IMG/VR virus record: IMGVR_UViG_3300048080_000167
Coordinates: 1 to 56,185 of that record
DNA: 56,185 nt
From: a virus
Strand: one strand, 5' to 3'
The notes beneath the pieces are model-generated. The model searched no databases. It saw only the letters and a program-made list of their open reading frames with translations, and had not been told where the DNA came from. Positions 8,887-16,274 of this stretch are shown here, in pieces (the first letter of the stretch is position 1; every line of letters starts with the position of its first letter). Position numbers and translations under genes: made by a program.

Positions 8887-10037
8887 TCGCCATATCCCCC
8901 GCGCAGGTCGCCGTCCTCGAGCGGCGGGGGCTCGTCGTCGTCGTCCGCACGAGTCGGGACGGGGCCCGGAGCGTGCTCGAAGGCGGCGTCGTGCTCGCTC
9001 GGCGCTGCTTGCTCCGGCGGCGCAGCCGGCTCTTCCGGGGGCTCCCACGTCTCGAGGAACAGCTCGACCCAGTTGGGGTAACGCTCGGGCTGCTTCTGAT
9101 TCCCGAAGTTGCGCCAGTGGATCTGGCCGACTTCCGTGACGGATAGCGCGCGGCAGAGCCGGAGCAGGAGTGCGTCAACCGTCCAGTCGCCCCCCAGCTC
9201 GCCGGCGCGCTTGTTCGCGAGCGCCCACGCCATGCGCTGTTTCCCTTCCGAGATCGCGTCAGCCGTGCGCGCCGGGCCGGGAGTCGGGGGCGGGCCGGCC
9301 GTGCTGTTCTCCCACTCGGCCCCGGTCGCCGTGGGCGCGGGCGTCGGCTGTCCCTGAGCCGCGGCTTCCTGCTTCGCGCGCGCCTGCGCGGCGCCGCGCT
9401 CGAAGCTCGCCGGCTTCGGCTTCTCGGCTCCCTCTTCCTTGAAGGTCATCTCTTCGGCCGGCGTGCCCGAGTAGCCCGCCAAGACCACGATCCACCGGAG
9501 CGCCTGCCCGAGCGCCTTCGACGTCGCGCGCGTCTGAGCCATCGACCGGAGCGCATGGCGCGTCGGCGCGTACTCGCAGGGCGTCTTGGGATGCGTGTCG
9601 TGCACCGGGCAACCCGGGACCCAGTTGTGCCGGAAGCCCCCGTCGCGCAGGCTCTTGTACTCGTCGGACCAGCAATCGGCCTCCGCGGCACAGATCACTT
9701 GCCCCGTAGCGATCCGGACGGCCGTGACACGCGCTTCGTAGGCGGGCACGTCGGCGCCTTGGCAGGGGCGCGTCCACTCCGTCATCGGCGAGACGCCGAC
9801 CATCGCGCCGAGCGCGCACCACGCTTCCACCTTCAAGTGCTCGCTCTGGCCGATCGGCACGGCTAGGTGCTTCTCGTCGACGAGATGACGGAGCCGGTTC
9901 GCGATGTTCCGGGCGCGCTCCATCCCTAGGTCGAGGGACTGGAAGCTCTGGATGGCGTCGCCGGGCGCGCCGGCCGTCGCGACCGCTCGCGACTCGGGCT
10001 CGCGCACCACCTCGGGGACCTGCACGGGATCGGGCAC
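8883..10037 (-). CDS. Putative recombination protein (single-strand-annealing, RecT/Red-beta-like C-terminal signature), 384 aa
   Basis: GTG start with RBS gaggagag. RSMAQTRATSKALGQALRWIVVLAGYSGTPAEEM recalls the A..RA.......GlYt.EEM motif of Bet/RecT-type proteins. Adjacent to the Gp157-like gene. Assignment is tentative. Confidence 0.35.
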   Translation of the reverse strand: MPDPVQVPEVVREPESRAVATAGAPGDAIQSFQSLDLGMERARNIANRLRHLVDEKHLAVPIGQSEHLKVEAWCALGAMVGVSPMTEWTRPCQGADVPAYEARVTAVRIATGQVICAAEADCWSDEYKSLRDGGFRHNWVPGCPVHDTHPKTPCEYAPTRHALRSMAQTRATSKALGQALRWIVVLAGYSGTPAEEMTFKEEGAEKPKPASFERGAAQARAKQEAAAQGQPTPAPTATGAEWENSTAGPPPTPGPARTADAISEGKQRMAWALANKRAGELGGDWTVDALLLRLCRALSVTEVGQIHWRNFGNQKQPERYPNWVELFLETWEPPEEPAAPPEQAAPSEHDAAFEHAPGPVPTRADDDDEPPPLEDGDLRGGYGE

Positions 10038-10118
10038 GTGGGCTCTCCTCTACGTCGGGCCCGGGATCGTAGACGATCGCCCCCGGAAAAGGGAAGCAGA
10101 ATCGCTCACCGGAGGGCC

Positions 10119-10148
10119 TAGACACCGGCCGTCGCTCGGGCGTAGACT
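10119..10148 (+). promoter_or_regulatory. Candidate sigma-70-type promoter (-35 TAGACA, 18-nt spacer, -10 TAGACT) for the replication/modification operon
   Basis: Lies in the 142-bp divergent intergenic region. The -10 fits TAnnnT. An RBS gggaggga and TTG 10180 follow about 30 nt downstream. Confidence 0.35.
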
Positions 10149-10179
10149 CTGCCCCGGCCGTCAGGGTGGGAGGGAAGCC

Positions 10180-11661
10180 TTGCCGCGACCGATCGCGCCG
10201 GAGCAGGCGCAGCGATGGATGCTGCGGCTCGCCGACTCCGTGCTGCTTTACCCCGGGCTCGAGGACGTCGCGCTACGCGCGGCCGTGCTCTTCCTCCGCA
10301 AGCGAGCCGAGATCGACGCCGAAGGGGGGTTGATGTTGACCGTCTCCGACGTGCTCTCCCTGCTCCGCAGAGACGGAGACGAGAGCGCGCGCGAGACTCA
10401 GGAGCGCTGGCAGGCTGCGCTCGGGTCGGGCCTACTCGTGCCGCTCCCGAGCCCCGAGCGAGCCACGACGGAGCCACGATCGAGCCACGACGGAGCCACG
10501 ACGGAGCTAGAACGAAGCCACGACCTGACCACGTTCAAGCCACGAGCGAGCATGCCCGGAGCACGCTCCTGGCATCGAGCAGGCCGGGCTCGGCTAGCTA
10601 TCCTATCGGAATTGCTCGAAACCGTCGGCCCTACGCGTACCGTCAAGCCGGAACACGTCGTCACCACTGTAGCTCTCTCCTCTTCTAGCCTTAGCAGGAG
10701 ACGGAGAGCGCAGAGGGTAAAGCCTTTGCAGGAGACTCCGGCTCCCTCTGCCTCTTCGTCTTCCTCTTCTAAGACGTCCGAAGAGCAGAGCAGAGCAGGA
10801 GAAGAGGGACCTACTACGACGAGAGCAGCCGAGCCGTCGGCGCCCGGGGCACGCGTAGGGGCACACGTAGGGACCGAAACGACGCCGCCGGCTCGAGAGC
10901 TCACCGACGAAGAGCGCGCGACCCTGGTGCCCCCCGAGTACGTCACGTCCGCGCTACCGGCTCGGGTCAACAAGCTCGTCAACTTCCTCGGCCAAGAGCC
11001 GGGCACTCGAGAAGTCAAAGCGGCGTGGCTCACCCGGGAGCTACCCAGGATCGAGGTGGCGGCGTTCCGGAAGCCGGGGGCCGAAGCGTCGCGCGCCAAG
11101 TTCAACGCGGCGGTCGCCGCCGAAACGCTCCAGTGGTGGCGGACCCACGTCAAGCGCCGGGGGCCGACCGTTTCGGCGGACGACGAAGGCGCGCGCCACG
11201 AGCGAGCCCGGGTCACGATGGACGAGGAGCTGGCCGACCTGAAGCGGACCGCTACCGCAGAGCAGGCCTCGGGAGAGCAGGCTCGAGCCTTCGCCAACTA
11301 CCGCCGGACGCACCCCAGGGTTACTCCGGCAGGAGAGGACCCGGACGTGCACAAGCGTCGGGCCGAGCAGCGCGGCGCCCCGGCGCGCCCTACGTCGCCG
11401 CCTGCGGCCCCAGCGTCGCAGCAGGAGCCACGAACGGCCCCGGCCCGAAGCTCGAGCCGGGGGCCCGTGCCGATCGGCGCCGTGGCGCCGGGCGTCGTCT
11501 CGGGCTTCCGGCGCCCCGAGTCTCCTGACGAGCCAGAGAGCCGGCCCCGGCAAGCGCCCCCGGCTCGGCCCATGCGCCCGGTGCCGAAGCCCGGGGCGCG
11601 CCCGACTCCCGAGCCCGAGCCCGAGCCCGAGGCTCCCTACGGCGACGAGGATGAACAGTGA
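10180..11661 (+). CDS. Putative replication initiator (lambda O-like organisation: N-terminal DNA-binding domain, iteron-containing low-complexity linker, C-terminal domain, Pro-rich tail)
   Basis: TTG 10180 is preceded by gggaggga (alternative start ATG 10219). Six AGCCACGA repeats and a lower-GC linker lie inside the CDS. The function is inferred from this architecture only. Confidence 0.4.
   Translation: MPRPIAPEQAQRWMLRLADSVLLYPGLEDVALRAAVLFLRKRAEIDAEGGLMLTVSDVLSLLRRDGDESARETQERWQAALGSGLLVPLPSPERATTEPRSSHDGATTELERSHDLTTFKPRASMPGARSWHRAGRARLAILSELLETVGPTRTVKPEHVVTTVALSSSSLSRRRRAQRVKPLQETPAPSASSSSSSKTSEEQSRAGEEGPTTTRAAEPSAPGARVGAHVGTETTPPARELTDEERATLVPPEYVTSALPARVNKLVNFLGQEPGTREVKAAWLTRELPRIEVAAFRKPGAEASRAKFNAAVAAETLQWWRTHVKRRGPTVSADDEGARHERARVTMDEELADLKRTATAEQASGEQARAFANYRRTHPRVTPAGEDPDVHKRRAEQRGAPARPTSPPAAPASQQEPRTAPARSSSRGPVPIGAVAPGVVSGFRRPESPDEPESRPRQAPPARPMRPVPKPGARPTPEPEPEPEAPYGDEDEQ
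10461..10545. repeat. Iteron-like array: six copies of AGCCACGA, the first four in 11-bp phase
   Basis: Copies start at 10461, 10472, 10483, 10494, 10516 and 10538. A degenerate ACCACG lies at 10528. Confidence 0.8.
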
Positions 11662-12044
11662 GCCCCCGGCGCCGGCGCTGGCGCGTGCGCGCGCGGGGTC
11701 AGGTCCGGCAGGCGAAACGCTACGGCGAGATGAATCTCGCCGAGCAGCGCTATTCGCAGCAGCTCGAGCGTCGCCGGCTCGCTGGGGAGATCCTGCTCTG
11801 GCGCTTCGAGGCCGTGAAGCTCCGGCTCGCTCAAGGCGCGTGGTACACCTGCGACTTCTGGTGTCTCGACGTCGACGGCTACGTCGAGATGCACGAGTTC
11901 AAGGGGCACTGGCGCGAGGCTGCGCGCCTGAGGATCAAGGTCGCCGCGCAGGAGTTCCCCGAGCTACGGTTCCTCGCCGTCGTCGAGCAATACGAAGGGC
12001 GGACACCGCTCGGCGTCTACACCTTCGAGGAGATCAGTCCGTGA
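11658..12044 (+). CDS. DUF1064-like protein (PD-(D/E)XK-type nuclease / resolvase-like)
   Basis: GTGA overlap. AEQRYSQQLERRRLAGEILLWRFEAVKLRL...YTCDFWCLDVDGYVEMHEFKG parallels the DUF1064 pattern (E..RY..L..L...GEI..L..Q..F.L...Y.ADF......E.KG). Confidence 0.5.
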   Translation: MSPRRRRWRVRARGQVRQAKRYGEMNLAEQRYSQQLERRRLAGEILLWRFEAVKLRLAQGAWYTCDFWCLDVDGYVEMHEFKGHWREAARLRIKVAAQEFPELRFLAVVEQYEGRTPLGVYTFEEISP

Positions 12045-12517
12045 ACGTGCCTGAGCCCGTCATCCTGCCCGCCGACTTCGCGCGAGCGGATCTGTCGCTC
12101 TTCGATCCCTGGTGGCTCCTGCGCGACGCGCTCGCGTTCTACGCTCGCAGCGAGACGTACCTGCCGACGCTCGAGGACGGGCGTTCGCAGACGACGGGCT
12201 ACCGTCGCTGGAAGAAGCCCGGCCGGCCGTGCCTGCGGGATCGGGGCGAGCGCGCGCGAGAAGCGCTCGCCATGCTCGAGGAGCTCGGGCGCGCGCCTGT
12301 ACAGGTCGCGATCCCCCTGGCTGCGCTGCTATCTCGCGTCGCCTATGAACGGCGCCGCGACAGAGGAAAGCACGATGGGAAAGACGAGAGTGGAAAAGCG
12401 CAAGCCCTCGGAGGAGCTGCTGGAGATCATCCTGGCCGATCTCCGAAAGCTCGTCGAAGATCACCTCGGCTTCGTCGAGACGAAGCTCCACAAGATGATG
12501 GGCACGGTCAAGGCTGA
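12041..12517 (+). CDS. Hypothetical protein; the last ~145 nt overlap the next gene out of frame
   Basis: GTGA overlap start. GC3 is high up to about 12370 and then collapses, but the first stop in this frame is at 12517. Confidence 0.5.
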   Translation: MNVPEPVILPADFARADLSLFDPWWLLRDALAFYARSETYLPTLEDGRSQTTGYRRWKKPGRPCLRDRGERAREALAMLEELGRAPVQVAIPLAALLSRVAYERRRDRGKHDGKDESGKAQALGGAAGDHPGRSPKARRRSPRLRRDEAPQDDGHGQG

Positions 12518-12728
12518 GATCGCGCTCGGCGTCTGCTTCGAGCAGGACGACGACTCGCCCCCGAGCGTGCGATGCTCGGCGCGCGTGAAGCTCCCGGGCG
12601 AGGAGAGCCCGGGGCATACGCTCGCGTGGCGCGCCGGCGGTCAGCTTCAGCTCGACTTGGGCAGCGACGCTTACGGCCCGGGTGACGGCGACGATCGGCA
12701 GGACCACGACCAGCCGAGCGCGGCTTAG
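12375..12728 (+). CDS. Hypothetical acidic protein
   Basis: RBS gaggaaag followed by ATG 12375. GC3 is high from this ATG onward. 117 aa. Confidence 0.6.
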   Translation: MGKTRVEKRKPSEELLEIILADLRKLVEDHLGFVETKLHKMMGTVKAEIALGVCFEQDDDSPPSVRCSARVKLPGEESPGHTLAWRAGGQLQLDLGSDAYGPGDGDDRQDHDQPSAA

Positions 12729-13358
12729 ATGGCGACGTGGCGCTGTGGCTCCTGCGCCCGTCTCGAGAGCACCGAGAGCCCGACGGCCCCGACGATCCGG
12801 TGCCCGGGTTGCGGGCGCACTCGAGCGTGGCAGCCCGTGGTGGTAGCGACGCTCGCGAACCTGACGGCGTGGATGCACCCGGAGAATCCTCGCCGGATCA
12901 GCGAGCACGACTTCGGCGTGCTATCGCGCTCGCTCGAGACGTTCGGGTGGGTGGGGCACATCGTCCTGAACCTGCGCAGCAGGAAGCAGGGCTGGCCGAA
13001 AGGATCGGCGCCGGGCGTCGTCTCGGGCCATCAGCGCATCCGGGCCGAGTCGGCACGTCACCCCGACACGAGCACCCACGAGGTGCCCGTTCTCTACGTC
13101 GACGTCAACGCGAAGCGCGAGCGCGAGCTGATGCTGGTGCTCAACCGGAACAGCGGCACCTGGGAGCCCGACGATCTGGAGCGCTTCCTGCGAGCGCTCG
13201 AAGCTGAAGGCGGCGACCTGACGCTCACCGGCTTTACGGAGCACGAGATCAAGGGCTGGCTCGGCCGGCTCGAGGAGACGGCGCCCGGGAGCTTCCCGAC
13301 GCCGGCCGAGGACACGAGCCACGAGTGTCCCAAGTGCGGCTATCGCTGGAAGCAATGA
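12729..13358 (+). CDS. ParB/sulfiredoxin-like nuclease-domain protein flanked by zinc-ribbon motifs
   Basis: HPENPRRISEHDFGVLSRSLETFGWVGHIVLN matches the ParB N-terminal (NPR) motif. CGSC..CPGC lies at the N-terminus and CPKC at the C-terminus. The stop overlaps the methyltransferase start (ATGA). Confidence 0.65.
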   Translation: MATWRCGSCARLESTESPTAPTIRCPGCGRTRAWQPVVVATLANLTAWMHPENPRRISEHDFGVLSRSLETFGWVGHIVLNLRSRKQGWPKGSAPGVVSGHQRIRAESARHPDTSTHEVPVLYVDVNAKRERELMLVLNRNSGTWEPDDLERFLRALEAEGGDLTLTGFTEHEIKGWLGRLEETAPGSFPTPAEDTSHECPKCGYRWKQ

Positions 13359-14569
13359 CGAAGCCCCCCTATCTGCGCCCGTCGATGGCCGAGACGCGCG
13401 CGGTGCCGAGCAACGGCTATCGCGTCGTCTCGACCTTCACGGGCTGCGGTGGCTCCTGCCTGGGCTTCCGGCTCGCCGGCTACTCGACGATCTGGGCATC
13501 TGAATTCGTGGATGTGGCGCGCGACTGCTATCGGCTCAACTTCCCAGACGTGCCGATCGACCCGCGCGACATTCGAACGGTCCAGCCGTCGGAGATCCTG
13601 AAGGCCATCGGGCTCGAGGCCGGCGCCATCGACGTGCTCGAAGGCTCCCCTCCCTGCGCCAGCTTCTCGACGGCGGGCAAGCGCCAGAAGCATTGGGGAA
13701 AGACGAAGCGCTACAGCGAGACGGAGCAGCGCTCGGATGATCTCTTTTTCGAATACGTGCGAGTGCTCGAGGGGCTTCAGCCCCGAGTCTTCGTCGCCGA
13801 GAACGTGCGCGGGCTCGCGATCGGTCGCGCCAAGGGCTACTACCTCGAGATCAAGGAACGGCTCGCCGGCGCCGGCTACCGGGTCGCGGCGCGCGTGGTC
13901 GACGCACAGTGGCTCGGCGTGCCCCAGCGCCGGGCGCGCGTCGTCTTTCTCGGCGTGAGAAACGATCTCGAGCGAGAGCCCGCGTTCCCCACGCCTCGCC
14001 CGTACCGATACAGCGTGCGCGACGCGCTCCCGGAAGTCGCCGCGACGTCGAGACGCCGGGGCAAGCTCCGGCCGTCTCACCAACCGGCTCCTACGATCGT
14101 CACGCACTGGCGAGGCTTCTATCAGATGCGGGCGATCGACGAGCACAAGCGCCCGGGCTCCGGAGCGAGCCTGCCCGGCGACGCCGGCCCGGAAGCGCTG
14201 AGCATCGAGCGCTTCGCGATCGCCGACGAAGCCCGGCGGCTGAAGCCCGGGGGCGTCTCCCGGAAGTACCTGAACCTCATCCGGGCCGACTCGCACGCCC
14301 CCTGCCCCACGATCACCCAGGCGGGCGGGAACCTGGGGGCCGCGGGCGTCGTGCATCCGAGCGCGGCGAGGAAATTCACCATCGACGAGCTCCGCGCGCT
14401 CTTCGGCTTCCCTGCCGACTTCGCGCTCGTCGGGAGCTACGCGCAACAGTGGGAACGGCTCGGCCGGAGCGTGCCCCCGCCGATGATGCAGGCGATCGCC
14501 GAGACGATCCGAGACGAGATCCTGGCGCCCGCCGACGCGCAGGCGCCGAGACGACGGAGGAGACGGTGA
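13355..14569 (+). CDS. dcm: DNA (cytosine-5) methyltransferase family enzyme with an atypical motif X (Gly-Arg instead of Gly-Asn)
   Basis: Motif I VSTFTGCGGSCLGF, motif IV EGSPPCASFS, motif VI VAENVRGL, motif VIII GVPQRRARVVF, motif IX FTIDELRALFGFPADF, motif X ERLGRSVPPP (Arg codon at 14465..14467). Confidence 0.9.
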   Translation: MTKPPYLRPSMAETRAVPSNGYRVVSTFTGCGGSCLGFRLAGYSTIWASEFVDVARDCYRLNFPDVPIDPRDIRTVQPSEILKAIGLEAGAIDVLEGSPPCASFSTAGKRQKHWGKTKRYSETEQRSDDLFFEYVRVLEGLQPRVFVAENVRGLAIGRAKGYYLEIKERLAGAGYRVAARVVDAQWLGVPQRRARVVFLGVRNDLEREPAFPTPRPYRYSVRDALPEVAATSRRRGKLRPSHQPAPTIVTHWRGFYQMRAIDEHKRPGSGASLPGDAGPEALSIERFAIADEARRLKPGGVSRKYLNLIRADSHAPCPTITQAGGNLGAAGVVHPSAARKFTIDELRALFGFPADFALVGSYAQQWERLGRSVPPPMMQAIAETIRDEILAPADAQAPRRRRRR

Positions 14570-15267
14570 GCCAAGCCGGGACGTGGAGCTTCAGCGCGAT
14601 CGGCGAGGACTTCGACCTGCACGTCAGGCGCCACCTGCCCGGATACGAAACGCTCCAGGAGCTGGTCACGTCGGTGGTGGCGTGGCGCCTGACGGACGGT
14701 TCACGCTTGCTCGACGTCGGCTGCTCGACCGGGTACACGCTCGGCCAAGTGCTCGCACGCTCCCCTCATCACGTGTGCGCCTACGGCGTCGACCCGGATG
14801 AGGGCATGATCGACAAGGCGCGCGAGCGCTTCGCGCCCCTGCCGGAGCTGCGCAGGCCGACGCTGGTGCCGTCGTCGATTCTCGAGTGGCAGCCCGCGGG
14901 CGCAGGGTTCGACGTGCTCCTGGCGCTCTTCTCTCTCCAGTTCATCGACCCGCCGGCCCGGCTCGTGGCGCTCGACCGGCTCGCCTCGTGGCTCCGGCCG
15001 GGCGCTCTCGTCGTCGTCGCCGAGAAATGCGAAGCGGCGAACGCGCAGGCGGCCGACCTGTGGTCGGGCCTCTACTCCGACTGGAAGCTGCTGCGCGACG
15101 TGCCGGCGCCGGAGATCCTGACGAAGTGGGCCCGGCTCCGGGGCCAGCTTATCCCGTGGCCGGCGAGCGCTTACGAAGCGTGGGCTGCTCGCGCCGGGCT
15201 CCGGGGCGACGTCATCTGGGCGTGGGGCCCGTTCCGGGCGTGGGCGTGGTGGAGAATCGCTGGCTAG
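14566..15267 (+). CDS. cmoA: CmoA-like SAM-dependent enzyme (carboxy-S-adenosylmethionine synthase family)
   Basis: RBS ggaggag followed by GTG, which overlaps the methyltransferase stop. Collinear with E. coli CmoA from memory: WSF..FD.HV.RHLPGY, LLDVGCSTG, VDPDEGMIDKARERF, LFSLQFIDPPAR, LRPGALVVVAEK, ...RLRGQL..., WAWGPF. Confidence 0.75.
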   Translation: MSQAGTWSFSAIGEDFDLHVRRHLPGYETLQELVTSVVAWRLTDGSRLLDVGCSTGYTLGQVLARSPHHVCAYGVDPDEGMIDKARERFAPLPELRRPTLVPSSILEWQPAGAGFDVLLALFSLQFIDPPARLVALDRLASWLRPGALVVVAEKCEAANAQAADLWSGLYSDWKLLRDVPAPEILTKWARLRGQLIPWPASAYEAWAARAGLRGDVIWAWGPFRAWAWWRIAG

Positions 15268-15476
15268 GCGAACGGGCCGGCGCCGGCTCGAGTACGCTCG
15301 ACGTCGATGGCAACCTGAAGCGAGTCGGCGCCGAAGAGATCGGCCACGAGCAGGACCGAAAGATAGCCACCAAGCTCTTCCGTCGAGACAGCGTCGCCGG
15401 GCGCATCATTCGAGGCGATCCAGCGCACGGCGTCGCCGTAGCTCGGGCGCTTCGTAACCGTTCTCTTCCGGCTCAT
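15264..15476 (-). CDS. Hypothetical small protein
   Basis: An internal ATG gives MSRKRTVTKRPSYGD... The start overlaps the upstream stop by 4 nt. Last gene of the leftward early operon. Confidence 0.5.
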   Translation of the reverse strand: MSRKRTVTKRPSYGDAVRWIASNDAPGDAVSTEELGGYLSVLLVADLFGADSLQVAIDVERTRAGAGPFA

Positions 15477-15694
15477 CGCGTCGAGACTCGACGGGGGGGC
15501 CACGACTTCCAGTGTATCTCGTCGACCGTGCCGGCTTCGACGTCGAGCACGGCGCCCCGGCCGTCTTCGTAGAAGCGCACGGCCCACACGTGGCGCAGCA
15601 CCGGGTCCGGGATCAGGTCGGGGCCCGAGCGCTCCGGGTAGCCTTCGGCGTGGAGCAGGGCGCGCGCGCCGTCTCGCGTGTCGGGATAGGTCAT
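15473..15694 (-). CDS. Hypothetical small protein
   Basis: ATG preceded by ggaggacaca. 73 aa (MTYPDTRDGARALL...). Confidence 0.55.
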   Translation of the reverse strand: MTYPDTRDGARALLHAEGYPERSGPDLIPDPVLRHVWAVRFYEDGRGAVLDVEAGTVDEIHWKSWPPRRVSTR

Positions 15695-16032
15695 TGTGTC
15701 CTCCGGGCGCGCTCGCCCCAGACGCGGAGGCCGTAGGCGATCGCGTCGCGCTCTCGACGGAAAGGATCGGACGTCGCGAGCCCGAGCGCCGGCGTGCGGT
15801 ACGGCGAGCCCTCGACCTGCCAGAAGAGCCGGTAGCCGCGTTCCTCGGCTATGCCCGTCACGTTCACCACGACCAGATCGGCCGGGCAGGTCGCCGAACA
15901 GTAGCAGCCGCACGTCTCGAGCCACGAGACTTCGCCTTCCTCGTGGGGCCCCCGGCAGCCCTCGGGGCCGTGGAGCCGGGGCTCGTGGCAGCAGGCGACG
16001 CAGAGCACGGGCCGGGCGACTTCGGCGCTCAC
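15691..16032 (-). CDS. Cys-rich hypothetical protein
   Basis: 113 aa with CVACCH...C...CGCYCSATC. 4-nt overlaps at both ends. Confidence 0.55.
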   Translation of the reverse strand: MSAEVARPVLCVACCHEPRLHGPEGCRGPHEEGEVSWLETCGCYCSATCPADLVVVNVTGIAEERGYRLFWQVEGSPYRTPALGLATSDPFRRERDAIAYGLRVWGERARRTQ

Positions 16033-16271
16033 GCGTCCCTCCGGCGGTGCTCGGCCGGGCCATGCAGGTCGGGCGCTTCACAGTGCGCGCAGGCGCTCTC
16101 GGAGTCGCCGTGCGCGAAGACCAGCGAGCCGTACTCATTGAGCGCGGCGTCGAGCGCTTCGGCGACGTCGCCCTCCGTCGGTAGCTCCGTCAGGGGCCCG
16201 CCGACGAGCAGAGCGAGCAGGCGCGCCGAGATCCGGGCTCGAGCGTGCGAGAGCGTCGTGGGGAACGGCAT
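16029..16271 (-). CDS. Hypothetical small protein
   Basis: 80-aa ORF, tightly packed. High GC3. Confidence 0.5.
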   Translation of the reverse strand: MPFPTTLSHARARISARLLALLVGGPLTELPTEGDVAEALDAALNEYGSLVFAHGDSESACAHCEAPDLHGPAEHRRRDA

Positions 16272-16274
16272 CGG

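Noticed and set aside
9904-10179. N-terminal 92-codon extension of ORF 9904..11661.
   Set aside because: It overlaps the start of the divergent gene 8883..10037 and the intergenic promoter region. A good RBS (gggaggga) precedes TTG 10180.
10461-10545. Possible CRISPR-like array.
   Set aside because: The repeat unit is only 8 bp at an 11-bp period, with no spacers, and lies inside a CDS. This fits iterons, not CRISPR.
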